Assembly (NCBI GenBank): GCA_964639855.1
Contig: CAZXFY010000013.1
Coordinates: 6,756-70,755 of the forward strand
Direction: 5' to 3'
Source: an uncultured Stakelama sp.
GTDB taxonomy: Bacteria > Pseudomonadota > Alphaproteobacteria > Sphingomonadales > Sphingomonadaceae
Length of the DNA stretch: 64,000 nucleotides
The notes beneath the pieces were generated by a model that saw only the letters and a program-made list of their open reading frames with translations, did no database searches and had not been told where the DNA came from. Shown piece after piece: positions 28,776 through 37,529 of the stretch. The translations under genes and the position numbers were made by a program. Position 1 is the stretch's first letter; every line of letters begins with the position of its first letter.

Positions 28776-30320
28776 ATGATCCGAACGATGCTCTTCGCGC
28801 TCGCCGCGCTGCTGTTCGCGGGTGCCGTGCAGGCGGAGAAGCCGCTGCCGCGCCTCGATGGGCGCCACCTGATCGTGGACGGCGCGCCCTGGCTGCTGCT
28901 GGGCGGCGAGCTTGCCAATTCGAGCGCATCGAGCCGCGCCTGGATGGCGCCGCGCTGGGCCCGGCTCGCGGCGCTTCACCTCAACACCGTGCTGATGCCG
29001 GTGAGCTGGGAGCTGATCGAGCCCGAGGAAGGCCGCTTCGATTTCGCCGCTGTCGATGGCCTCCTCGCCGATGCCCGCGCGCACGATCTGCGCGTCGTGC
29101 TGCTCTGGTTCGGAAGCTGGAAGAATTCGATGTCGAGCTACGTTCCCGCCTGGGTGAAGCGCGATACCGCGCGCTTTCCCCGCGCGCGCACCGCGGACGG
29201 GGCGCCGATCGAGATGCTCTCCCCCTTCGCCCCCGCGAACCGACAGGCGGACGCCCGCGCCTTTGCCGCCTTGATGGCGCACCTCGCCCGAACCGATCCC
29301 GGCCGCACGGTGCTGATGGTCCAGGTCGAGAACGAGATCGGCATGATCCCCGAACCGCGCGATCGCTCCCCGCTCGCGCGCGCCGCCTGGGCGAAGCCCG
29401 TGCCCGAGGGGCTGCCCGGCGCGGGCAAGAGCTGGGCGGAAGCCTATGGCGGCGAGGCGGACGAGGCGTTCATGGCCTGGGCCTATGCCCGCTATACAGG
29501 GCAGGTCGCCGCCGCGGGCAAGCGCGCCTATCCGCTCCCGATGTACGTCAACGCCGCGCTTCCGCGCCCCGGCGCCGCGCCCGGCAGCGGCTATCCCGCC
29601 GCCGGCCCGCTCCCGAAGCTCGCGGCGATCTGGCGCGCGGCGGCGCCCTCGATCGATTTCCTCGCACCCGACATCTATTTCCCCAATTTCGTCGAATGGA
29701 CGACGCGTTACGCCGCGCTCGGCGGGCCCTGGTTCATCCCCGAAGCGAACCGCGCCGGCGCACCCGAGGCGTGCGCGAACGCGCTCTACGCGATCGGCGC
29801 GCTGGATGCGTTCGGCTTCAGCCCCTTCTCGATCGACAGCCTCGCGCCTGGGAAGGACGCCGGCCTCGCCGAATGCTACGCCATGCTCGCGGGCATCGCC
29901 CCGCTGATCCTCGATCGCCAGGGCACCGGCCGCCTCGCCGCCGTCCGCGCGCCCGTCGCCTTCGACGGCACCGCCGATCTCGCCAACCAGGTGTTCACGA
30001 TGGGCGAAACGCGGATCACCGCGCACCTGATCGATCCATGGACCCCGCGCGACGCGCAGCACCCCGAAACCCACGGCGCGATCGTCCTCCAGCTCGGACC
30101 CGACGCCTATCTGATGGCCGGCCGCGGCGTCACCTTCACCTTCGCCCCCGCGGACGGGGAGGGGAAGACGGGCATCCTCGCGATCGACGAGGGCCGCTAC
30201 GAAGACGGCCGCTGGAATCCCGGCCGCCGCCTCAACGGCGACGAAAGCCATCAGGGCCGCCACCTTCGTCTCCCGCCCGACGGCTTCTCGATCCAGCGCG
30301 TGCGGCTGTATCGGTATTAA
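28776..30320 (+). CDS. GH35-like beta-galactosidase with C-terminal DUF5597-type domain, secreted
   Basis: GGELANSSAS, LLWFGSWKNSMSSYVPAWVK, MVQVENEIG, FLAPDIY, WFIPE, NGDESHQG. Confidence 0.82.
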   Translation: MIRTMLFALAALLFAGAVQAEKPLPRLDGRHLIVDGAPWLLLGGELANSSASSRAWMAPRWARLAALHLNTVLMPVSWELIEPEEGRFDFAAVDGLLADARAHDLRVVLLWFGSWKNSMSSYVPAWVKRDTARFPRARTADGAPIEMLSPFAPANRQADARAFAALMAHLARTDPGRTVLMVQVENEIGMIPEPRDRSPLARAAWAKPVPEGLPGAGKSWAEAYGGEADEAFMAWAYARYTGQVAAAGKRAYPLPMYVNAALPRPGAAPGSGYPAAGPLPKLAAIWRAAAPSIDFLAPDIYFPNFVEWTTRYAALGGPWFIPEANRAGAPEACANALYAIGALDAFGFSPFSIDSLAPGKDAGLAECYAMLAGIAPLILDRQGTGRLAAVRAPVAFDGTADLANQVFTMGETRITAHLIDPWTPRDAQHPETHGAIVLQLGPDAYLMAGRGVTFTFAPADGEGKTGILAIDEGRYEDGRWNPGRRLNGDESHQGRHLRLPPDGFSIQRVRLYRY

Positions 30321-30325
30321 CGTCC

Positions 30326-30422
30326 CGTCACCCCGGACGTGTTCCGGGGTCAACCGGAGCACACAAACGGCAAGCCATTGATCGTGCGCAACGGTGGATG
30401 CCGGAACGAGTCCGGTATGACG
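30326..30422. repeat. Long CGTC-type REP dimer
   Basis: cgtcaccccggacgtgttccggggtc ... ggatgccggaacgagtccggtatgacg. Confidence 0.88.
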
Positions 30423-30520
30423 GCGGAGGAGATGGACTCTCGGATTTCGCAGCTCCTGCCTCCGCAGGAGCACAGGGACCCGATTCCGATCTGATCCGAA
30501 TCGGCCGGCGGCAGAAGCGC

Positions 30521-30545
30521 GGAACACCGCTCCCTTCCACGGGTT
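30521..30545 (+). promoter_or_regulatory. Candidate EcfG-type promoter of the AI-2E gene
   Basis: GGAAC-N17-GTT, about 30 nt upstream of ATG 30576. Confidence 0.45.
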
Positions 30546-30575
30546 GGCACCACGCCGCCAACGAAACGATCCCGG

Positions 30576-31613
30576 ATGACCGCACCCGCCTCCTCCAACC
30601 GTCTGCGCGACAGGATGCTCGCCGCGATCGCGCTGGTGGCGGTGTTCGCCGCGCTCAAGGCGAGCTACCCGGTCGCGATGCCCGCCTTGTTCGCGCTCGT
30701 CATCGTGCTGGGCGCGTGGCCGCTCGACGCGCTGCTCAGGCGATGGCTGCCCGGCTGGATCGCGACGATGCTCACCATCCTCGTGCTCGTCGCCCTGCTC
30801 GCCGGCTTCGGCTGGGCGTTGTTCCTCGCGAGCCGCGAGACGGTGGAAGTGCTCGCGGACAAGTGGCCCGACATCCAGCGCCGCGGCGCGGCCGTCGCCG
30901 ATCGGCTCGGCGTGCCGCCGCCGCGGCTCGACGGCGCGGCGGCGCGCGAGCAGGTGACCGGCGTCGCCCGGCCGGTCGCGAGCGCGATCTACGGCATCGT
31001 CACCTATATCGGCTTCATCGGCATCCTCGTCATCTTCGGCCTGCCGGAAGTGCCGCGGCTGCGCGCGCGGCTCTCGGCCGCGTTCGACAAGGGCACGCGG
31101 CACGAGCTGGTCGGAATCGCGGCCGAATCGTCGCGCCAGATCCGCAGCTATTTCGCGGTGACGCTGTTCACCAGCGTGCTCACCGGCCTCGGCTCCGCCG
31201 CCGTCGCCTGGGCCACCGGGCTCGATCTCGCGCTCGTCTGGGGGCTGCTCAACTTCGTGCTCAACTTCGTGCCGGTGATCGGCAACATCGTCGGCATCGT
31301 CCCGCCGGCGCTCTACGCGATCCTCCAGTTCGACGGGATCACGATGCCGCTCGTCGTCTTCATCGCCTTCGCCGTGCTCCAGCTCGTCATCAGCAACATC
31401 GTCTATCCGCTGCTCCAGGGGCGCCGGCTCGCCATCTCGCCGCTGGTGATCGTGCTCGCGATGGCGTTCTGGAGCTGGCTGTGGGGCATTGCCGGCGCGC
31501 TGCTCGCGGTGCCGCTCACCGCCGCGATCATCATCGTGTGCGAACAATCCGAGCGCACCCGCTGGTTCGCCGAGCTCCTCACCCGCAGCCCCCCGCCGCG
31601 CGTCGGGCGTTAG
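30576..31613 (+). CDS. AI-2E family (PerM-like) transporter
   Basis: Multi-TM protein, LNFVLNFVPVIG, GRRLAISP, WLWGIAGALLAVP. Confidence 0.9.
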   Translation: MTAPASSNRLRDRMLAAIALVAVFAALKASYPVAMPALFALVIVLGAWPLDALLRRWLPGWIATMLTILVLVALLAGFGWALFLASRETVEVLADKWPDIQRRGAAVADRLGVPPPRLDGAAAREQVTGVARPVASAIYGIVTYIGFIGILVIFGLPEVPRLRARLSAAFDKGTRHELVGIAAESSRQIRSYFAVTLFTSVLTGLGSAAVAWATGLDLALVWGLLNFVLNFVPVIGNIVGIVPPALYAILQFDGITMPLVVFIAFAVLQLVISNIVYPLLQGRRLAISPLVIVLAMAFWSWLWGIAGALLAVPLTAAIIIVCEQSERTRWFAELLTRSPPPRVGR

Positions 31614-31801
31614 AGTCGTTTTCAGCTAAGCTGAAGCGGCACCGGCCCGCTCCCCCACCCGACCACCCACGGCAGTATCATATGGGTGGTCGGGTGGGGG
31701 AGTGGGCGGAAGCGCCCAAGGTTCCGGCGATGCGCAGCATCGTTGGAATAGCGCTGGAGGGTGGTGCCGATACTGTTTCAGCTCTGCTGAAACAGAGTCT
31801 A
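31611..31801. mobile_element. MITE-like element with TAG-ended imperfect terminal inverted repeats and a central hairpin
   Basis: Left end tagagtcgttttcagctaagctgaa; right end (reverse complement) tagactctgtttcagcagagctgaa; central stem ctcccccacccgaccaccca/tgggtggtcgggtgggggag. Confidence 0.7.
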
Positions 31802-33280
31802 GGCTCCGGCGGGCAGCGGCTGCACGTCCGGCTCGCTTCGCCGGTGCGTGACGCCGTCGATGCCGATCAGCACCAGCGCGAGCGCGATCAGCGTCGCGTC
31901 GATTACCAGCACCGCCGCCGGCGCCGTCAGCGCCAGCAGCAGGTGGAGGATCGCGGTTGCGCCGATCATCGCCCCCAGCACCCGCCGCAGCGTCACCGGC
32001 GACAGCGCATCGGGCCGCACCATGCATCCGACGATCGCCACTGCCAGCCCGATCCAGAACAGTGCCGCGAACGGCGCCTTGGGCCCGATCGCGAAGCGCA
32101 TCCAGCAGGCGGCGACGATCAGGATCGGCACGCCCCACACCACCGCCTTCCAGAAGCCCTCGAGCCGCGGGCTCGGCAGCCCGCGCCGCGCGCGCTTCTG
32201 CAGCCACAGCGACATGCCCGTCGCGCTGACCACGCACATCGCCAGCCCGAACAGCACATAGGCCAGTTCTACCGGAATCCCGCCGAAATTGCCGAAATGC
32301 AGCTTGTAGGTCGATGCCGCCGCCTGCCGCCCCAGCGGCCCGTCGGAAAGCCCCACCTTGTCCAGATAATGGCCCGCCGCGTCGAACCGATAGGTCTCGC
32401 CATAGATCAGCCGCCGCGCATGATCGGCGAGCACCAGCACGCGCTGCCCCGCGGTGCCCGGCTCCTCGATCGTTACATAGGTCGGGCGCACGCTCGGAAA
32501 GCGGGCCTGCATCACCTCGAGCGCGGCCGCGACATCGGCGACCGGCGCGGGCGTGGGATCGGCCTTGGGCTCGCCGCCGAAGATCGCGCCGTATGTCTCG
32601 ATCAGGTCGCCGCCGTGATAGGCCTTGGCGATCATCGTCGCGCCGATCGACGACAGCCCGATCGCCGCCCCCGTGATCGCGATCGCCAGCGTGAAGGGCA
32701 GGGTCCACACCCCCAGCCGGTTGTGCCAATCGGCCTGCGCGAGCTGCCGCCCGCCGCGCACGCGCATCCGGAAGGCGTCGCGGAAGATGCGCGGGTGCGC
32801 GATCACGCCGGTGATCGCGAGCGCCGCCAGCATACTCCCCAGCGCGCCGACGATCAGGATGCCGATCGTGATCGGCAGGTTGAGGTTGATGTGAAGCGCC
32901 AGCAGGAACTCGGTCCAGCCGTGCGCCTCGGGCGCGACGATGTTGCCCGCCACATCGACATAATGCGCGCCGTGATCGGTGGTGACGACCGTGCGCGGCA
33001 GGTCGTCGGTGGGCAGATGGACGAAGAGGTGCTCGGACGCGGGCTTGCCGGCATCGGCGGCGAGCGCCGATTCGACCGTGCGCTGCACCGCCTGCGGCGA
33101 GATCACCGGCGTCTCGGCGACCAGCGGCTGTTCCCAGCGCTGCCAATGCTCGAACACCACCGCGAGCGTGCCGGAGAGCGCGATCACATACATCAGCGCG
33201 CCCGCGATCAGCCCGATCGCCGCGTGCCCCGCCAGCGCCGAATCGATCAGCCGCGCGACGCCGCGGCGCGGCGCGCTCAC
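31799..33280 (-). CDS. PepSY-associated TM-helix (iron-regulated) membrane protein
   Basis: GHAAIGL..GALMYVIALSG, WTEFLLALHINL, DWHNRLGVWTLPF, YKLHFGNFGG, CVVSATGMSLWL. The GTG start overlaps the upstream TGA. Confidence 0.88.
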   Translation of the reverse strand: MSAPRRGVARLIDSALAGHAAIGLIAGALMYVIALSGTLAVVFEHWQRWEQPLVAETPVISPQAVQRTVESALAADAGKPASEHLFVHLPTDDLPRTVVTTDHGAHYVDVAGNIVAPEAHGWTEFLLALHINLNLPITIGILIVGALGSMLAALAITGVIAHPRIFRDAFRMRVRGGRQLAQADWHNRLGVWTLPFTLAIAITGAAIGLSSIGATMIAKAYHGGDLIETYGAIFGGEPKADPTPAPVADVAAALEVMQARFPSVRPTYVTIEEPGTAGQRVLVLADHARRLIYGETYRFDAAGHYLDKVGLSDGPLGRQAAASTYKLHFGNFGGIPVELAYVLFGLAMCVVSATGMSLWLQKRARRGLPSPRLEGFWKAVVWGVPILIVAACWMRFAIGPKAPFAALFWIGLAVAIVGCMVRPDALSPVTLRRVLGAMIGATAILHLLLALTAPAAVLVIDATLIALALVLIGIDGVTHRRSEPDVQPLPAGA

Positions 33281-33828
33281 AGCGGCCACCACATGACGAG
33301 GCCGATCGCGGCGCAGATCAGCGCGGGCGCGATCATTCGTGCCGGGCCGGGCTTCATGCTCTGGATCGCGGCGAGGATGGCCCAGGCGACGGGCTGCACG
33401 AACAGCGCGAGCGCGAGGCTGTCGGCCTCGACCCACCCCGCGCGGCGCGCCAGCGCGTCCGCGCCGAACGCCAGCACCGCGCTCGCGACGAGGCCGACCG
33501 GCACGATCAGCAGGAAAACGGCGATCCGCCGCGCGAGCCCGCGCCAGCGCCAGCGCGGCGGGGTGACGGTGGGGATGGCGCGGGGGCTGCGCTTGTCGCG
33601 GGCCGGCTCGGCGATCCCGGCGCGCGCGAGGATCGCCATCGCCGCCGCCATCGCGGCGGAGCTGCCGATCGCCAGCCCCCACGCCCCCGCGGTCACGGCC
33701 AGCGCGATCAAGGCGGCGCCGATCAGCGTCCAGCCCGCGATGATCCAGCCGCGCCGCCCGCCCCAGCCGCGTCGCAGTGCCGCGACGCCCAGCGCGGCGC
33801 CCAGCCCCGGCAGCGCGATCTCGATCAC
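33277..33828 (-). CDS. Hypothetical multi-TM protein of the iron-uptake operon (183 aa)
   Basis: GTGA-coupled at both ends; about 6 hydrophobic segments. Confidence 0.75.
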   Translation of the reverse strand: MIEIALPGLGAALGVAALRRGWGGRRGWIIAGWTLIGAALIALAVTAGAWGLAIGSSAAMAAAMAILARAGIAEPARDKRSPRAIPTVTPPRWRWRGLARRIAVFLLIVPVGLVASAVLAFGADALARRAGWVEADSLALALFVQPVAWAILAAIQSMKPGPARMIAPALICAAIGLVMWWPL

Positions 33829-36065
33829 AGCGACCACCCCAGCGTCACCATCGCGGTGCGCGGCGCGCCGTAATAGGCCTGGTCCCAATAAAGGCTGGTG
33901 AGAACCTTCTTGTTGGTCACGTTTCGCAGGTTGCCTGCGATGTACCAATGCGGGTCGAAGCGCCAGCGCGCCTGCAGGTCGATCAGCGCATAGCCGTCCT
34001 GCCGCGTCACGATTTCGCTGCCGTCGGTCGCGACCACGCTCTGCAGCCGCTTGATCCGGCTCTGATATTGCACCGCGCCGCCGATCGTCAGTGCGGGCAG
34101 GGCAGGGGGCGTGTAGCTGAGGTTCAGTCGCGCCGTATTGCGCGGCACATAGGTGCGCACCGGATCGCCCTCGGGGCTCTCGATGCGCAGCAGGGTGTAG
34201 CCCGCCGTCACCTGCAATCCGGGCAACAGCTCGCCGCCGATATCCGCCTCGATGCCTTCGGAGGTCGCGTCGATCGTGGTGTAATAGGTCTGGCCCGTCT
34301 CCGGATCGAAGCCCGTCGCCTCGGCGGTGTTCCGCTGCCGCGCGCGGAAGATCGAGAGGCTTGCGTTGAGCTTGCCGTCATGCCACGCGCCCTTGATGCC
34401 CGCCTCCAGATTGTCGCCCTCGATCGGCGGCAGCACGCGGTGTGCGACATCGGTCTCGGTCTGCGGGTTGAAGATGGTCGCGAAGCTGGCATAGGCGGTC
34501 AGGTGTGGCGTCAGGTCGGCGGTCGCGCCGACGAAGGGCAGCGCCTTGGTCTTCGAAAAATCGCTCGCCACCCCGTATGAATAGCCATCGCTCATTGCGT
34601 GGGTCACGTTGCCGCCCAGCATCAGCTTCACCCCGTCGGCGGGGTCGAGCCGCACCAGCGCATAGGCCGATTCGCGCCGCTGGTGGAAGTCGGCCGACAG
34701 GTCGAACTCGGGAAAATCGGGCAGCGGATAGCTGCCGTCGAACGCGCTGTCGCCGGGCAGCGGCGTGCCGATCCCGGCGGGATAGCTCGAATATTGCTTC
34801 ACGCGCGCGGCGCCGCGGTTGACGCCGACGACCAGCTCGTGGCGGCGCCCGAACAGCGCGAACGGGCCGCTGACATAGGCATCCAGCGTCAGGTCGCGCG
34901 TCGGGCCCCTGAATGCGCCCGGATAGCTGAACAGCCCGTCGCCCGTCTCGCGGTCGGGTGTGCCATAGACGTAGAACAGCCGGTCCTCCTCGTCGATCGC
35001 GTGGCGCAGCGCGGAGATCTTGGCGATCCAGCCGCCGCCAAGCTGCTGCGTCACGTCGCCGAAGATCTGCTGATCCTTGATGTTCCAGTGCGACCAGTCG
35101 GTGCCCGTGCTGGCCGATCGCGCGTAATCGGTCGGCGTGCCGTCGGTGTAGAACAGCGGCAGCGCCCCCCACAGGCTCCCCGCGGTGCGGTTGTCCTGCC
35201 GCTGATAGCCCGCGCTCACCAGCGTCGTCGGCGTTACGTCCGCCTCGATGATGCCGTACAGCACCGATCGCTTGGTGTGATAGCGGTCGAGATAGCTGTC
35301 CGTGTCGAGATACGCCCCCACGCCGCGCGCACGAATGCTGCCGTCGCGCGTCAGCGGCATCGAGACGTCGCCGTCGAGCCGCACCTGGTCGAACGAGCCG
35401 AACAGCACGCTCATCGCGGCGGCCGGATCGCGCGTCGGCCGCTTGTGGACGAAGTTGATCGTCGCCGAGGGGTTGCCCGTCGAGGAGAGCAGCCCGTTCG
35501 CCCCGCGCAGCACCTCGACCCGGTCGTAGCTCGCGGTGTCGAGCGCGCCGTTCTGCAACCCATAGGGGAAGGGCAGCCCGATCCCGTCGATCTGGAAATT
35601 GGTGATGTCGAACCCGCGCGCCGAATAATAGGTGCGGTCGGTCTCGACCTGCTGGACGTTGACGCCGGTGGTGGTCGCGAGCAGCGTGTTGACGTCGTCG
35701 AGGTTGAACGTGTCGATCTGCGCGCGCGTCACGATGCTCACCGATTGCGGCGTCTCGCGCTGGCTCAGCGACAGCCGCGTCGCCGCGCTCGTCGCCCTGA
35801 CGCCGAAATCGTCCGCATCGCGCTCTCCGGTGACGAGGATCTCCGGCCGCGCCTGCGGGTCTTCGGCCTCGCTCGTCCCACCGGTCGCAGCCCCACCCTC
35901 GACCGCCGCCCCGGCCGCGCGCGTCCCACCGGCCGCAACCTCACCCTCGACCGTCGGCCCAGTGCCCGTGCCGGCGATGCCCGGGGCCGTCGATGCGTCG
36001 CTCGCCGGATCGATCGCTCCCGGAGCAGCGGCGGCGGCGAGGCAGAAGGCGAGCGTTAGCGACAC
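33825..36065 (-). CDS. TonB-dependent siderophore receptor (FhuE/FpvA-like)
   Basis: EILVTG TonB box, LSQRETPQSVSIVT, YSARGF, DRVEVLRGANGLL, and a C-terminal YGAPRTAMVTLGWSL. Confidence 0.93.
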   Translation of the reverse strand: MSLTLAFCLAAAAAPGAIDPASDASTAPGIAGTGTGPTVEGEVAAGGTRAAGAAVEGGAATGGTSEAEDPQARPEILVTGERDADDFGVRATSAATRLSLSQRETPQSVSIVTRAQIDTFNLDDVNTLLATTTGVNVQQVETDRTYYSARGFDITNFQIDGIGLPFPYGLQNGALDTASYDRVEVLRGANGLLSSTGNPSATINFVHKRPTRDPAAAMSVLFGSFDQVRLDGDVSMPLTRDGSIRARGVGAYLDTDSYLDRYHTKRSVLYGIIEADVTPTTLVSAGYQRQDNRTAGSLWGALPLFYTDGTPTDYARSASTGTDWSHWNIKDQQIFGDVTQQLGGGWIAKISALRHAIDEEDRLFYVYGTPDRETGDGLFSYPGAFRGPTRDLTLDAYVSGPFALFGRRHELVVGVNRGAARVKQYSSYPAGIGTPLPGDSAFDGSYPLPDFPEFDLSADFHQRRESAYALVRLDPADGVKLMLGGNVTHAMSDGYSYGVASDFSKTKALPFVGATADLTPHLTAYASFATIFNPQTETDVAHRVLPPIEGDNLEAGIKGAWHDGKLNASLSIFRARQRNTAEATGFDPETGQTYYTTIDATSEGIEADIGGELLPGLQVTAGYTLLRIESPEGDPVRTYVPRNTARLNLSYTPPALPALTIGGAVQYQSRIKRLQSVVATDGSEIVTRQDGYALIDLQARWRFDPHWYIAGNLRNVTNKKVLTSLYWDQAYYGAPRTAMVTLGWSL

Positions 36066-36118
36066 GGGCGATCCTTGTTGCGGGCGTTGACGACCGCGCC
36101 CTCATACCCATTCTTATC

Positions 36119-36143
36119 GCTAATGCAACAGACTCTCATTAGC
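36119..36143. promoter_or_regulatory. Fur-box-like palindrome upstream of the receptor
   Basis: gctaatg-caacagactct-cattagc; an AT-rich inverted repeat 54 nt upstream of the start. Confidence 0.75.
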
Positions 36144-36154
36144 ATAACCGACAC

Positions 36155-36190
36155 AAGAAAGGGGCCGGGAGAAACGCCTCTCCCGGCCCC
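36155..36190 (-). terminator. Terminator downstream of rplA
   Basis: aagaaa-ggggccgggaga-aacgcc-tctcccggcccc. Confidence 0.85.
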
Positions 36191-36219
36191 CTTCGTTCAA
36201 TTCATCGGATGGCTGAGGC

Positions 36220-36912
36220 TCAGGCCCCCGCGACCTCGCTCGTGTCGATCTTGATCCCCGGCCCCATCGAGGAGCTGATCGCCACCTTTTTCACATACTT
36301 GCCCTTCGCTCCGCTCGGCTTGGCCTTCACCACCGCGTCGACCAGCGCGTCGAAGTTCGCGCGCAGGTCCTCCGCCGCGAAGCTCGCCTTGCCGATGCCC
36401 GAGTGGATGATCCCCGCCTTCTCGACGCGATATTCGACCTGGCCGCCCTTGGCCGCCTTCACGGCCGCCGCGACGTCCATCGTCACCGTGCCCAGCTTCG
36501 GGTTCGGCATCAGCCCCTTGGGGCCGAGCACCTTGCCCAGCCGCCCGACCACGCCCATCATGTCCGGGGTCGCGATGCAGCGGTCGAAATCGATCGTGCC
36601 GCCCTGGATCGTCTCCATCAGATCCTCCGCGCCCACGACATCCGCGCCCGCTTCACGCGCCTCGTCGGCCTTGGCGCCCTTGGCGAACACGCCCACGCGC
36701 ACCGTCTTGCCGGTGCCCTTGGGCAGCGTGACGACGCCGCGCACCATCTGGTCGGCATGGCGCGGATCGACGCCCAGGTTGAGCGCGATCTCGATCGTCT
36801 CGTCGAACTTCGCGGTCGCGTTCTCCTTGGCGAGCAGAATCGCCTCGTCCACGCCGTGGAGCTTGTCGCCGTCGACCGTCCAGGCCTTCTGCTTCTTGGT
36901 CAGCTTCGCCAT
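36220..36912 (-). CDS. rplA: 50S ribosomal protein L1
   Basis: [38 protein letters not shown]. Confidence 0.98.
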   Translation of the reverse strand: MAKLTKKQKAWTVDGDKLHGVDEAILLAKENATAKFDETIEIALNLGVDPRHADQMVRGVVTLPKGTGKTVRVGVFAKGAKADEAREAGADVVGAEDLMETIQGGTIDFDRCIATPDMMGVVGRLGKVLGPKGLMPNPKLGTVTMDVAAAVKAAKGGQVEYRVEKAGIIHSGIGKASFAAEDLRANFDALVDAVVKAKPSGAKGKYVKKVAISSSMGPGIKIDTSEVAGA

Positions 36913-36916
36913 GATC

Positions 36917-37348
36917 TCAGCCCTCCACCACGTCGAGGCCCATCGCGCGGGCGCTGCCTTCGATGATGCGGGTCGCCGCCTCGATGTCGTTCGCGTTGAG
37001 GTCCTTCATCTTGGTCTCGGCGATCTCCTGAAGCTGCGAGCGCTTGATCTGCCCCGCGGAAACCTTGCCCGGCTCCTTCGATCCTGCCTTCAGCTTCGCG
37101 GCCTTCTTGATCAGATAGGTCGCCGGCGCCGTCTTGGTGGTGAACGAGAAGGAACGGTCCGCATAGACGGTGATGATCGTCGGGATCGGCGAGCCTTTTT
37201 CGAGGTCCCCGGTCGCGGCGTTGAACGCCTTGCAGAATTCCATGATGTTCACGCCGCGCTGGCCCAAAGCAGGGCCGATCGGCGGCGAGGGGTTGGCGGT
37301 GCCGGCCGGCACCTGCAGCTTGATATAGCCGGTAATCTTCTTTGCCAT
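36917..37348 (-). CDS. rplK: 50S ribosomal protein L11
   Basis: [35 protein letters not shown]. Confidence 0.98.
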   Translation of the reverse strand: MAKKITGYIKLQVPAGTANPSPPIGPALGQRGVNIMEFCKAFNAATGDLEKGSPIPTIITVYADRSFSFTTKTAPATYLIKKAAKLKAGSKEPGKVSAGQIKRSQLQEIAETKMKDLNANDIEAATRIIEGSARAMGLDVVEG

Positions 37349-37370
37349 GACTCACTCTATTTCAAGTTTA

Positions 37371-37409
37371 GCGGTCCGAACGCCCCGGACGTGATCCGCG
37401 GCTCCCGCA
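37371..37409 (-). promoter_or_regulatory. Putative L1-binding leader upstream of rplK
   Basis: GCG-GGAG-[CCGCGGA/TCCGGGG stem]-...ACCGC stem with an internal loop, in the rplK 5' UTR. Confidence 0.45.
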
Positions 37410-37529
37410 GGGTTTCCATTGCCGATGCGTTGGAAGCGCGCGCCCATAGCGCATCCGCCGCGCCCCGGCAACACCCGCGCCCGCGCCCCCCTTGCAATGT
37501 TGGAGATAGTGCGAAACAAACCAGGAACG

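Noticed and set aside
27615-33901. Very long ORFs 27615-31547 (-, 1310 aa) and 29696-33901 (+, 1401 aa), and many similar Arg/Ala/Gly-rich ORFs elsewhere (e.g. 3065-4825, 43729-45948, 56252-58285)
   Set aside because: They are antisense or off-frame shadows of well-supported genes in high-GC DNA, with no recognisable motifs.
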